64,000 bases of DNA from assembly GCA_965203315.1 (NCBI GenBank), contig CBDBCE010000004.1, forward strand, positions 277,629-341,628, in the 5' to 3' direction. Shown here one piece after another: positions 20,270 through 30,614 of the stretch. Below the pieces are notes generated by a model. It worked only from the letters and a program-made list of their open reading frames with translations, was not told the DNA's origin and did not search any database. Source of the DNA: Nitrosopumilus sp. (GTDB lineage: Archaea > Thermoproteota > Nitrososphaeria > Nitrososphaerales > Nitrosopumilaceae). The position numbers and the translations under genes are program-made. How positions within the stretch are numbered: position 1 is the first letter of the stretch; every line of letters starts with the position of its first letter.

Positions 20270-22783
20270 ATGCAATTATCAGCGTTTGTGTTATTATTTA
20301 GTCTAGCATTACTCATTCCTGTCAATATCGGTATCTCTCAAACGGTAAACGAAGAATCTGATTCACTAGATGTGTCTGATATTACTCCCAACAATAACAC
20401 AATTGGTCCACTTGCGACAGTAAACGAGTTGTATGCAGCTCAGAGCAAAGTAACAGAGAGAATGATCGACAACTCTGAAGCAATAAAACATACAGGATAC
20501 GGTGATGAAGAGTTATATCTAGAAGCTGTCTATGTAGATGAACAAAAACAGACTCTTGTTATTTGGTTAGAGCCAATTCATACATTTGATCCAGTTGATA
20601 CTGACGATCTACAAGAAGAGTTAGGATTGGGAATTATACCTGTAGAGATAATATATGGATATTACATATCCGAAGCATTACCTTCTCAGGCTACCTCGTG
20701 CCCTGGATCTCCAACATCCTTGGCGTGTTACTATTGGTCTAGATACGTACAACAATGTCTTCCAACTCACACTCATACTAGCTGCAGTCTCTATGGACAA
20801 ATCATCACCGTTTCTGGATATTCACTTCCAACATTATTGAACTCTAGACCTGTAGATACTGATCGAGATGGCATATACGATAATGTTGATCAATGCCCGA
20901 CTCGAGCCGAGAACAAAAATGGTTATCAAGATTCTGATGGATGTCCAGATACACCTCCAGCATCATCTACATCACGTTCAGGAGTAATATTTCAAGACAA
21001 CTTTGAGAACGGACTAGGCAAATGGACTGTAAGCGGACAACGAGAATGGCAGACAGGAACATTGGACGAGAGTGCTGTTATCTCTGGATACACTACAAGC
21101 AACAAAGTAGCAGAAGCAGATGACTGTGACGATCAAGCATGCATACTATCTATGAGATCATCAATTGATCTATCTAGATACTCTAGTGCAAAATTAGAGT
21201 TTGATAGATTCGTAGACACCTCATTAGACGCTGGAGAGTATCTGGCAGTCCAAGTAGGAAATAATGGTGCATATACTCAAGTTTTAAGATGGACACACGG
21301 TAGTGGCGATGACGACAGATGGCACCACGAGACAGTAGATCTGGGTAGCTATCTTCGCTCAGGATTTAATGTACGATTTGTAACGGAACAAAGTTCCAGT
21401 CTTGAAGACGTTGCAATAGATAATGTAAAGATCACAGCATCATCTACATCATCACCACAGTGTACACTACGAGTATCTGCTGCACTACAGAGTGATGGCT
21501 CTATTCGTACCACTTGGAATTCATGTAGTGGAGTACAACAGTACAAGGTGTATGCAAGTGAGAATGGTGGCTCCAACACATACAAAGGCGCCACAACAAG
21601 TACTAGTTTTACATTCTCTAACCCCACAGAAGGAAAGAGCTATGTAATGTCGGTTAGAGCACAAAAGAGTGACAATACTTACACAGAATACTTTACAAGC
21701 AATACAATTAATGTGCCTGTACCTGACAGAACGCCACCAGTAATCATAACACCAGGTACCGCATCATACACAACTACCAACTCCACCGGCGGAATAGTAT
21801 ACTATCCGATAACTGCTACAGATACTAATGATGGTACTGTTGATGTATCGTGTAATCCTAAACCAGGCACAAAGTTTCCTGTAGGCAGTACTAGAGTCAC
21901 ATGTAGTGCAACAGACAAATCTGGAAACACCGCAACTGCAAGATTTACCATAACTCTGGCGTATTCCAAAATATGTACTTCTGACACTATTCGAGAATCT
22001 GGATCGCAATGTCTCCTCGATTATACCACAACTACGTTTAATCAGACATACATTTATGGTGGACAATTGGTTATTGTACACTACGAAGAATTAATCGATG
22101 GCAAACGCGAGGGCAACACCGTTATGGCCACAGCAACTATTGGTGCTGAACTTTTAGACGGCACACAGGTATTGGTCGGAGTTGGACATATGGTTGAGCA
22201 AGCAAATCCTGCACCCGATACGAAAACCAAATTGAAAATTCATGTTAATCAAAGTGATATCGAAATTACCAATCCAGGACTTAGAAATATAGGCTTTTCT
22301 CCAAGCACTATTCATCGTGCAGATGCAATATATGTAAAGTTGTTAGACGGATTTGAAGCTAAAAAGGATCAAGTAATCACTAAAAATGGTACTATAGTAA
22401 ACATTATTGGTAAAGGCGGATTGTACAATTATGGACAATATCCGATTGTTGACATTTTAGGTTCGCAAACAAATTCCCAGGGTAGCGTATCTTATGTAAA
22501 CGTGACTACTCGCGATCCATATGGAATATTAATAGAACATGCAATCGCTACATACAATTCGGTTTATGGTGATAGTGGCGCGCCTATAATCCATTATCAT
22601 CAAAATGGAACTGCAAATCTATTTGGACAACACGTGGGCAAATTATGTGCCTTTAGTTTTGGGGATGATCCACATCATACAAAATATCAGGCTCCACATG
22701 ACTCATACTGTGATCGACAACATTTAAACATGAATGTGTTCACCCCATGGGAAAACGTCGATTTCTTTCTTGGTTTAAAATGA
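20270..22783 (+). CDS. secreted multidomain trypsin-like serine protease (TSP3-like, jelly-roll, FN3-like, HYR, S1 domain)
   Basis: Signal peptide; DTDRDGIYDNVDQCP; FQDNFE...VAIDNV; HYR (DRTPP, PGTKFPVGSTRVTCSATD); triad VGVGH / RADA / GDSGAP. Confidence 0.8.
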   Translation: MQLSAFVLLFSLALLIPVNIGISQTVNEESDSLDVSDITPNNNTIGPLATVNELYAAQSKVTERMIDNSEAIKHTGYGDEELYLEAVYVDEQKQTLVIWLEPIHTFDPVDTDDLQEELGLGIIPVEIIYGYYISEALPSQATSCPGSPTSLACYYWSRYVQQCLPTHTHTSCSLYGQIITVSGYSLPTLLNSRPVDTDRDGIYDNVDQCPTRAENKNGYQDSDGCPDTPPASSTSRSGVIFQDNFENGLGKWTVSGQREWQTGTLDESAVISGYTTSNKVAEADDCDDQACILSMRSSIDLSRYSSAKLEFDRFVDTSLDAGEYLAVQVGNNGAYTQVLRWTHGSGDDDRWHHETVDLGSYLRSGFNVRFVTEQSSSLEDVAIDNVKITASSTSSPQCTLRVSAALQSDGSIRTTWNSCSGVQQYKVYASENGGSNTYKGATTSTSFTFSNPTEGKSYVMSVRAQKSDNTYTEYFTSNTINVPVPDRTPPVIITPGTASYTTTNSTGGIVYYPITATDTNDGTVDVSCNPKPGTKFPVGSTRVTCSATDKSGNTATARFTITLAYSKICTSDTIRESGSQCLLDYTTTTFNQTYIYGGQLVIVHYEELIDGKREGNTVMATATIGAELLDGTQVLVGVGHMVEQANPAPDTKTKLKIHVNQSDIEITNPGLRNIGFSPSTIHRADAIYVKLLDGFEAKKDQVITKNGTIVNIIGKGGLYNYGQYPIVDILGSQTNSQGSVSYVNVTTRDPYGILIEHAIATYNSVYGDSGAPIIHYHQNGTANLFGQHVGKLCAFSFGDDPHHTKYQAPHDSYCDRQHLNMNVFTPWENVDFFLGLK

Positions 22784-23151
22784 ATAGGCCAGAATCCACT
22801 GTTTTTCTTATTCCTTTAACTTGTCTTGCACTATTAATATTGTTCTTTCCATTTCATGTAGTAAATTGGGCATTTACTGATAAGACAGATTATGAGTGTA
22901 TTTCTAGATGTGTGATCAAGTATAGTTGGAGAATGGAGTTTGTTTACACTAATCTATTCTTTGATAGAGTATTATGTGTCGAATTGTGGGACAAAGAAGG
23001 AGATACTCCGCCTGGTGTACCAAACTATGGAGATAATATTGAGGATCAGAATGGTGTGGACAATAATCGCGTTGGTTTATTTCATCGGCACAATCAACAC
23101 TATCCTTCATGCCCCTTCAAACTTGACATAACGTCACATGATCAAACATGA
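22780..23151 (+). CDS. small membrane-anchored protein translationally coupled to protease
   Basis: ATGA overlap with protease stop; hydrophobic N-terminal helix, several Cys. Confidence 0.6.
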   Translation: MNRPESTVFLIPLTCLALLILFFPFHVVNWAFTDKTDYECISRCVIKYSWRMEFVYTNLFFDRVLCVELWDKEGDTPPGVPNYGDNIEDQNGVDNNRVGLFHRHNQHYPSCPFKLDITSHDQT

Positions 23152-23309
23152 ATACGAATTTCCCGCATAATGATCAGATTAACAACGTTTTGTTGTATCT
23201 CAAATCAGATATAACGTGAGGTTGTCCGATGAATATCTCATAAAATCTATGCATTTTATGATCTTTTAAACAAAATACAACAAATTAACTCCATTTGCTA
23301 TTAATTTTC

Positions 23310-23506
23310 GGCGATTAGGCATCCATTGCTCCCAAATGACCATTGAACTACGTACGAATTTAATGTTCGAAATCAGTCAAAAAATGAAGAGATACATCAG
23401 AAACTGATTGAAAGTCAATCGATTCTATCTCAATATGCTCGAATTTCGTATCTGTTTTACCATGTTATCGATCAGCAGGTTTGGTGGCTTGATATCACTA
23501 ATCGCC
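23310..23506. mobile_element. MITE family D (IS1595-like ends)
   Basis: GGCGATTAG...CTAATCGCC inverted ends, 197 bp, non-coding. Confidence 0.6.
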
Positions 23507-23533
23507 AAAGTTATTTACGTTGACAGTTAATTT

Positions 23534-24844
23534 TTGGTAATGGGTTACTATAGTACTGCTATCGTCTCTACTGTACTGGTGTTGCTTGTTGTTGCTTACT
23601 ATGCCTTCTTGCCTGATGAGATGCCTGCCCCAAAGTTATCAACTACGACCAATCAATCAGAAGTATGGGAGAGGCTAGGAGCATTACCTAGTACTGTTAA
23701 ACCTAACTCTGGTCTTAGAGATGATATATCTATAGGCGTCCTCTTGCCTCTTACAGGAAGTCTTGCTGCACATGGCGAAGAGAACTTGGAAGGAACTAGG
23801 CTTGGGACAAATGACTTTAACGAATATCTGGAGAGACACGGAGTACCATGGCGAATGAATCTAGTTGTAGAAAACACCGAGACAAATCCGGTGGTTGCTC
23901 TAGAAAAAACAGCTGCACTCAAAGCTAAAGGAATAGACATAATCATAGGTCCAGAATCTAGTAGTAGTCTTCGAAATATCAAAGGTTATGTTGATTCAAA
24001 CCACATGATCTCAATCTCGTGTTGTTCTAGCGCTCCATCACTATCGATACCAAACGATCTCATCTTTAGGTTAGTTCCTGATGACAGCAATCAAAGTACT
24101 GCACTAGCACGACTGTTAGATCAGATTGGCATCAAAGTTATAGTTCCAATCTGGCGAGATGATCCGTGGGGTAATGGTTTAGGTAGTGCTACGGTATCCA
24201 AGTTTACTAGCTATGGTGGAATCTCAAACGAGCCTATTCACTACAATCCCGCAACTCCTGATTTTTCATCGTCATCTTCTCTCCTAGCAGATCATGTGAA
24301 GAGATATGTTGACGAGTACGGTGAAGACAAGGTCGCGATATTGACATTCTCGTTTTACGAAGTATTACAGCTTGTACAATCTGCATCAGAACATGATGTT
24401 CTAGATGATGTGAGATGGTTTGCGCCGGCATCGATTGCAAAGAATCATGATCTGGTGGACGATCCTATAGCATCTAGGTTTACATCTAGTACCAATTTTA
24501 CCGCGATAGCCATGGGCGTACCAGATAGTATCATCTCTGATCGCGTATACGATCACGTATTTAACACACTGGGACGTGCCCCTAGTTCCTTTGTCCAAAC
24601 ATCCTACGATGCTCCGTGGCTTGTTGGTCTGTCGATACTATTTGCACAGACTACTGATCCTGATGAGGTGGGATACGTTCTTCCTGACGTTATGGCGTCA
24701 CATGTTGGAGCTACCGGCAGTGGTACCTTCAATGATGCTGGAGATCGCGCTCAAGCAAACTATGATATCTGGGTAGTTCACAACGGTACCTGGAGTCGAG
24801 ATGGTCAATACTTGTACGAGAGTGACACTGTAAATTTCTATTGA
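23534..24844 (+). CDS. ABC substrate-binding protein (LIV type)
   Basis: TM anchor, IGVLLPLTG, NTETNPV, FRLVPDD; beside liv genes. Confidence 0.9.
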   Translation: MVMGYYSTAIVSTVLVLLVVAYYAFLPDEMPAPKLSTTTNQSEVWERLGALPSTVKPNSGLRDDISIGVLLPLTGSLAAHGEENLEGTRLGTNDFNEYLERHGVPWRMNLVVENTETNPVVALEKTAALKAKGIDIIIGPESSSSLRNIKGYVDSNHMISISCCSSAPSLSIPNDLIFRLVPDDSNQSTALARLLDQIGIKVIVPIWRDDPWGNGLGSATVSKFTSYGGISNEPIHYNPATPDFSSSSSLLADHVKRYVDEYGEDKVAILTFSFYEVLQLVQSASEHDVLDDVRWFAPASIAKNHDLVDDPIASRFTSSTNFTAIAMGVPDSIISDRVYDHVFNTLGRAPSSFVQTSYDAPWLVGLSILFAQTTDPDEVGYVLPDVMASHVGATGSGTFNDAGDRAQANYDIWVVHNGTWSRDGQYLYESDTVNFY

Positions 24845-24846
24845 GT

Positions 24847-25551
24847 CTAGTTCAATCCTAGATACATCTTTCCTAATGCCTTTCGTTGTAACAGCTCTTC
24901 TGGTTTGCCTTCAAATATGTTCTTTCCATTTGCCAACAAGTACACTTTATCGGCAATAGTTAGAGCACGTTGTATATTCTGTTCTACTAGGATGACTGTT
25001 ATTCCAAAATCGTCTCGCATCTCTCGCACTTTGTCTAGTACTTCATTTGCAAGTTTTGGAGACAAGCTAGCTGTAGGTTCATCAAATAGCATGATCTCTG
25101 GTTTTCTGATCAACGCCATCCCCATCCCTAACATCTGACGCTGTCCACCTGACATCGTCTCGGCTTTTGCATGTTCAAACTTTCTAAGTATGGGGAATAT
25201 CTCATATATCTCTGGCATTCTGTCTCTGGTAGTCTTTCTGTCTAGTGTATATCCTGCCATGATCAAATTCTCTTTTATTGTGAGATTTGTAAATACATTC
25301 TTTACTTGAGACATGTACGCGATGCTCTTTGCGACTTGATGTGGTTGTAAATTTGTGATGTTGGTGTCTTTGTACAATATCTGTCCCGAATATACTGTAG
25401 TTAACCCGAATATACTCTTCAGTAATGTACTCTTGCCTGAACCATTTGGTCCAATGATTGCCGTGATCTCGTTCTTTTTTGCATCAAAGTTTACGCCAAA
25501 TATTATCTTGCTTTTATTGTATCCGGCATGAATTCCTCTAATCTCAATCAT
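24847..25551 (-). CDS. livF: branched-chain amino acid ABC ATPase
   Basis: GPNGSGKS, MSGGQRQ, FDEP, LVEQN. Confidence 0.9.
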   Translation of the reverse strand: MIEIRGIHAGYNKSKIIFGVNFDAKKNEITAIIGPNGSGKSTLLKSIFGLTTVYSGQILYKDTNITNLQPHQVAKSIAYMSQVKNVFTNLTIKENLIMAGYTLDRKTTRDRMPEIYEIFPILRKFEHAKAETMSGGQRQMLGMGMALIRKPEIMLFDEPTASLSPKLANEVLDKVREMRDDFGITVILVEQNIQRALTIADKVYLLANGKNIFEGKPEELLQRKALGKMYLGLN

Positions 25552-25554
25552 TGT

Positions 25555-26307
25555 TTATTTACCTATGTATGACTCGATGACTTTGGGATCCTTTAAAATC
25601 GCTTCTGAATCCCCTTCTGCAATTATTGTACCTCCATCCATCGCAAATACATGATGGGTATACTGGAGTGATATGTCTAGTCTGTGCTCTACTATTAGAA
25701 AAGTAATATTCTCTTTACTGCACATGTCTGCTATCTGTTCAAATATCTCATGAGCGAGAGTAGGGTTTACACCTGCTATTGGTTCGTCCATGAGGATGAG
25801 TTTCACGTTGGTCATTATGGCCCGACCCAACTCTAACAACTTTTGTTGTCCGCCACTCAAACCCTTACTTTGTATTCCTTGTTTTTTAATCAAATTTATC
25901 ATTGTTAATACGTTGGTAGAACTGATATTGTTTGATGACTCTTCCCCACTCCATCTTGTCGGTAACATCACTGTGCCGAACGACTCACCCTTGGCATTCT
26001 TTGATACCATCATGTTCTCTCTTGTGGTGAGTTCGATAAATGGTTGAGGGATTTGCCATGTTCTGACTAGCCCTGCCATGAACGTCTTGTACGGATCTGT
26101 GTTCGTAATGTCAGTATCTTTGAACATGATCTTGCCACTATTTGGTTTATACATTCCAGCTATGGTGTTGATCAGTGTAGTCTTGCCAGATCCATTAGGA
26201 CCGATCAACTGATAAATTTTGCCTTCCTCTAACTCTAACGAACAACCCTTTAGTACTGTATTTCCGCCAAATCGCTTCACAACATCTTGTACTCTTAAAA
26301 TTATCAC
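25555..26307 (-). CDS. livG: branched-chain amino acid ABC ATPase
   Basis: GPNGSGKT, RTWQ, LSGGQ, DEPIAG, VEH, VIESYIG. Confidence 0.9.
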   Translation of the reverse strand: MIILRVQDVVKRFGGNTVLKGCSLELEEGKIYQLIGPNGSGKTTLINTIAGMYKPNSGKIMFKDTDITNTDPYKTFMAGLVRTWQIPQPFIELTTRENMMVSKNAKGESFGTVMLPTRWSGEESSNNISSTNVLTMINLIKKQGIQSKGLSGGQQKLLELGRAIMTNVKLILMDEPIAGVNPTLAHEIFEQIADMCSKENITFLIVEHRLDISLQYTHHVFAMDGGTIIAEGDSEAILKDPKVIESYIGK

Positions 26308-26360
26308 GATCTCTTGTGATTATAAAAATTAATTAAGTCTTACTATGGGTTCAAGTTAGT

Positions 26361-27284
26361 GTGGCGCTAGACCCAATAATCTCTGATGCAATAATCTTTG
26401 CTAGTCTCTTATCTCTTTTAGCAATAGGTCTAACATTGACCTATCTTACAACGCGGATACCAAACTTTGCACATGGGTCATTTGCAGCCATTGGCGTATA
26501 TGTCTCTCTTACAGTAACACGCGTATGGGAAGTATCTCCATATGTTGCATTGCCTATCGCATTTGTAATCTCTGGACTAGTTGCAGTAGCACTTTACCAG
26601 TTTGTCTTAAAGCCTCTCATTCAGAAACGCGCAACATATGCAATTCAAATGATTGCGACTCTGGCATATGACTTGATCATAATCGCAGTTCTTAACATCT
26701 TTGCTGATCTGTTGACTAGATCATATCATGTACCTGCACGCGAATTTTCGTTACGTAGTTATGACGGTACCTTTATGGGACTACCTCTGGTGGTTGTAGT
26801 TGCGCCCGTTGCGATAACACTCTTGATTCTAGTCTTACATCTTGCACTAAAGAAGACCAAGTTTGGTATTGCGATGAAGGCATCAACCGTAAATCCAGAT
26901 CTCGCAGAGACTGTTGGTGTAAATGTGAACCTAGTATATTTGGTATCCTGGATGGTGGCAGGCGGACTAGCTGGTATTGCAGGCGTAATGATATCTCTGT
27001 GGTTCTTGGGTGATCCTGGAATGGGCACATTTATCTTGACGAGTGTATTTGCTGCGTCTATCGTTGGTGGCTTTCTCAATCTTTATGGTGCAGTTATAGG
27101 CGCAGTCTTGGTTGGTATGACTGAGATTCTTGGAACTAGATTTTTAGCAGGCGAGATTGGTTCATGGGTGATCTCGTATAGACCATTGATTCCACTGATC
27201 TTTATAGTCGTCACTCTGTTCTTTGCGCCCAAGGGTCTTGCTGGATTGGATTGGAGTAGGATAAGGAGATATGTTCGGCTCTGA
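26361..27284 (+). CDS. livH: branched-chain amino acid ABC permease
   Basis: AIGLTL...NFAHG, TKFGIAMKA, multiple TM helices. Confidence 0.9.
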   Translation: MALDPIISDAIIFASLLSLLAIGLTLTYLTTRIPNFAHGSFAAIGVYVSLTVTRVWEVSPYVALPIAFVISGLVAVALYQFVLKPLIQKRATYAIQMIATLAYDLIIIAVLNIFADLLTRSYHVPAREFSLRSYDGTFMGLPLVVVVAPVAITLLILVLHLALKKTKFGIAMKASTVNPDLAETVGVNVNLVYLVSWMVAGGLAGIAGVMISLWFLGDPGMGTFILTSVFAASIVGGFLNLYGAVIGAVLVGMTEILGTRFLAGEIGSWVISYRPLIPLIFIVVTLFFAPKGLAGLDWSRIRRYVRL

Positions 27285-28323
27285 GTTTATCTTTTTTATT
27301 GATCTGCTTGCGATATTTGCAGTCTATCTTATTGTTAATCTATCGTTGAATCTGGAGTTTGGTTATGCTGGAATTCCCAACTTTGGTAAAGTTTTAGCAG
27401 TTGGTGCTGGTGCATTCGTCGCTGCGTCTGTACCTGGACGAATATTTGCTAGTCTCGCAGGGATCGAAGGTGACTATATCGAAGAGAATCTGTTGATCGT
27501 ATCCCAGATCAATGTATGGCTTGTAGATAATGTTGGAATCGGCTTTGCTGTATTCTTTTTAACTCTTGGAGTTGCAGCTCTTGTTGGTGGCGGAATTGGA
27601 ATTCTCACATCATATCCTGTAGTTAGATTACGTGGCGACTATCTCGCGATGACGCTCTTGGCATTTGGTGAGAGCATTAGAATAATTGGAAACAACTTTT
27701 CTCCTATTGCGGGTGGCACTCTGGGCGTTCAAGTTCCTGATCCGTTGTCATTTCTACCTGATGAACTACGTTTTCCAGTATCGACTCTGGGCCTAGTTCT
27801 GATCGCATTCTTTGTATTTTTGTATAGTGAAAAGTTGGTTCGTTCTCCTCTTGGAAGAACACTGCGAGCTATACGCGATAATGACGTCGCTGCAGCCACG
27901 CTTGGCAAGCACATCAACCATATGCGTATCAAAGTTATCATGGTATCTGCTGGGCTTGCAGCAATCGGAGGTGCACTGTATTCGTTCTATGTGGCTGGAA
28001 CCATTGCATTTGCCTATGACAGTATTAGCTGGACGTATTGGCCGTTCTTGATGATCTTGATAGGCGGATTAGCTAATAATCGTGGCGTACTGGCAGGAAC
28101 ACTAATCTTTGTCTTGATTCGTAAACTCATCATATACTTTAAAGACTCGTTTGAAGACTTTGTTCCATTTGATGTAGTCTGGCTTGACTTTTTGCTCTTG
28201 GGTTCGATCCTACTCTTGATACTCTTGTATCGTCCTCAAGGGATATTCGTCGAAAAGCCCACTCCTTCGATACCTGAAAATGTAGGCAAGTTTAGAAAGT
28301 TTGTACACATCTTCTTTAGATGA
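27271..28323 (+). CDS. livM: branched-chain amino acid ABC permease
   Basis: LRGDYLAMTLLAFGE, GRTLRAIRDN, RPQGI. Confidence 0.9.
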   Translation: MFGSEFIFFIDLLAIFAVYLIVNLSLNLEFGYAGIPNFGKVLAVGAGAFVAASVPGRIFASLAGIEGDYIEENLLIVSQINVWLVDNVGIGFAVFFLTLGVAALVGGGIGILTSYPVVRLRGDYLAMTLLAFGESIRIIGNNFSPIAGGTLGVQVPDPLSFLPDELRFPVSTLGLVLIAFFVFLYSEKLVRSPLGRTLRAIRDNDVAAATLGKHINHMRIKVIMVSAGLAAIGGALYSFYVAGTIAFAYDSISWTYWPFLMILIGGLANNRGVLAGTLIFVLIRKLIIYFKDSFEDFVPFDVVWLDFLLLGSILLLILLYRPQGIFVEKPTPSIPENVGKFRKFVHIFFR

Positions 28324-28447
28324 TGATTGTTGTACAGAATTGTGATCTAGAGATCTGCATTGTCCTTGATATTTTGGACATTTCATGTAAGACACATTTT
28401 ATGTTGACACAACATGTTTTTATTGCATAACAAACAAAGTAAACATT

Positions 28448-29062
28448 ATGGCAATAGATACTACAACACTAGAGATTAGTGAGCTTGAAAAGTATATTAT
28501 TCTACTTGTATATGTTGGCGACGAGCCAATATACGGTAGACAGAAACTACAGCTATTGATGTACATGTTGGGTGACTCATATTCAGAGATACACGATTGG
28601 TGTAACTATGCAATAAGAGACGATGGTCCATACAGCGCAGTTTTAGATAATGCTTTGGAGCGTCTAGTACAAATGGAACTAGTACAAGAAAAAGACGACA
28701 CCATTCAATTAACCGATCAAAGCATAGAGTATGCTAGAGTCATTGGAGAAGAGAAAGGTGGATTTCCGGAAATTCAAGATATGTTTAACCGAACGATGAC
28801 ATGGGTGTTTGGTAATCATAAAAGAATGCTTAACGATGTAACGCTCCCAGAGATGTTGTCGTATATGTACTGTGATTATCCAGATATGGCCAAAGGTTCA
28901 GCAACTTATAAAAAACTCAAGCCAGATATCAAGGAAAATATAATTTCCATGTACACAAAGGAAAAGATGAGTTTTGGCAGAGCTGGGGAATTACTCGGAA
29001 TGCACAAGCACGTAATAATGGATGAGTTGGCCAAGAGAGGATTACTTCGGTTTGGACATTGA
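28448..29062 (+). CDS. wHTH + UPF0175-like antitoxin
   Basis: GRQKLQ...GPYS wHTH-like N-term; C-term MSFGRAGELLGM HTH; overlaps PIN remnant. Confidence 0.65.
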   Translation: MAIDTTTLEISELEKYIILLVYVGDEPIYGRQKLQLLMYMLGDSYSEIHDWCNYAIRDDGPYSAVLDNALERLVQMELVQEKDDTIQLTDQSIEYARVIGEEKGGFPEIQDMFNRTMTWVFGNHKRMLNDVTLPEMLSYMYCDYPDMAKGSATYKKLKPDIKENIISMYTKEKMSFGRAGELLGMHKHVIMDELAKRGLLRFGH

Positions 29063-29235
29063 AGATATTTGACTCTTCGCCATTGATTGCGATATTTAAT
29101 CAGTTCCGATACCAATGATCATTTGATTATATTCTGCAACTGAAACATAAAATAACAATGACAAATTTTGTATGGGGCGAATTACAAGATGATAAGACAC
29201 ATCTAATTTCATTGATCCGATTCACAATCTGCTGA
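29059..29235 (+). pseudogene. truncated PIN-domain (VapC/DUF3368-like) toxin
   Basis: TTGA overlap; MKIFDSSPLIAIF...Q*...FVWGEL; in-frame TGA at 29116. Confidence 0.65.
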
Positions 29236-29315
29236 TGTAGCACCAACTTTTTGTACTACGTAGCAATTTGGTATCAAAAACAAGGCTTAATTACTATCCA
29301 ATCTGGGTATAGTCT

Positions 29316-30497
29316 ATGAAGGTTCTAATCTTGAGTCTTACTGCAGTATCTATTATCATGTTGTTTGGGTTAGTAGACTATTCCAATGCACATAGTAATG
29401 GTAAAGGCTCATACGGAGATCCTCATTGGCATGATTTTGGTGAACATAAAGTAAAACATACTATTGACTGTGAATCTCAACAATGGATATTTGAAGGAAT
29501 AGTAAATCGCAGTGTATCTAGTTATACAATGATCTTTATTACTAGTCATGGAAATATTTTGTATTACGAACCAATGAATTTTATAAATTCAACATATTTT
29601 CGTAACACAATAGACATATCAGGTAAAGAATGGCTTCTAGGATCTAAGTCGTATAAAGGAAAAATTCTTGATGATAATTATGAGTTTAATTTTGCCGTTG
29701 CCAGTAATGATACATATCCTGCTAGTTTTGGTTCTAACATATACTTCATAAAATGCCCTACACTATATGACCTTAGAAATTCATACAAACTATTAGAAGA
29801 CTATAAACAACAATACAATAATCTTAACAGTCAATACCAAGAACTATTGAATCAACCACAGAATCAACATCAGATTATAGAAACAAGAACTCCAAACGGA
29901 ACACATGCAAACGGAACTATACATTATGATTATAATTACACTACAAAGACTGGTTATGAACTTGCCAATGAACAGATAGATAAACTAGAAACCAAGAAAG
30001 ATAACCTCAAAGACAAGAAAGACCAATGGAAAGAGAAATTTAAGCAATGCAAAGATGATAGAAAGGAACTTGAGTCTAGATACCAGCTACTAGAAACCAA
30101 TCACAACACCACCTTAACTGAACTATCTGAATCTCAAAACAATCTGTATAGAGAACTGGAAATTGATACAAGACAAGAACTATACAAACAAGAGTTAGAA
30201 TTCACAGTATCTTATCTGGAAGCATGTATGAAAGGAAATATGACTGATTCTAAAATCATGTTAGATGATGGAAACTATGAAGTTGATTTAGAACGATATA
30301 CTGACCTTTGCAGAACAACAACTAATCTATATGAACTGCAGGATAGGTATGATTATTTAGAAAGAATGTTTTGGAGACAGAACACCACATCTTCTGAACA
30401 ACTACAAACCATATTTGAACAACAACTTACCATAGAGAAACTTACTCAAGAACTGAATGAAGCAAAGAAAAAGATTGAAGAGTTAGAATCACCATGA
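29316..30497 (+). CDS. secreted protein with C-terminal coiled coil
   Basis: Signal peptide, beta-rich N-domain, heptad-rich C-terminal half. Confidence 0.75.
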   Translation: MKVLILSLTAVSIIMLFGLVDYSNAHSNGKGSYGDPHWHDFGEHKVKHTIDCESQQWIFEGIVNRSVSSYTMIFITSHGNILYYEPMNFINSTYFRNTIDISGKEWLLGSKSYKGKILDDNYEFNFAVASNDTYPASFGSNIYFIKCPTLYDLRNSYKLLEDYKQQYNNLNSQYQELLNQPQNQHQIIETRTPNGTHANGTIHYDYNYTTKTGYELANEQIDKLETKKDNLKDKKDQWKEKFKQCKDDRKELESRYQLLETNHNTTLTELSESQNNLYRELEIDTRQELYKQELEFTVSYLEACMKGNMTDSKIMLDDGNYEVDLERYTDLCRTTTNLYELQDRYDYLERMFWRQNTTSSEQLQTIFEQQLTIEKLTQELNEAKKKIEELESP

Positions 30498-30594
30498 CTA
30501 GGAAGACTAATCTAGATCACTCAACAGAACTGGATGGTACTAGAACTAGAATGATGGATGCCATTCTTAGCTATTTTAACTCGAAACTTTTCCT

Positions 30595-30605
30595 GGGGGG
30601 GGGGG
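30595..30605 (+). repeat. G11 homopolymer upstream of mod
   Basis: 11 G, 9 nt before TTG; in-frame TAA at 30612 shows it is non-coding. Confidence 0.9.
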
Positions 30606-30614
30606 CGATTCTAA

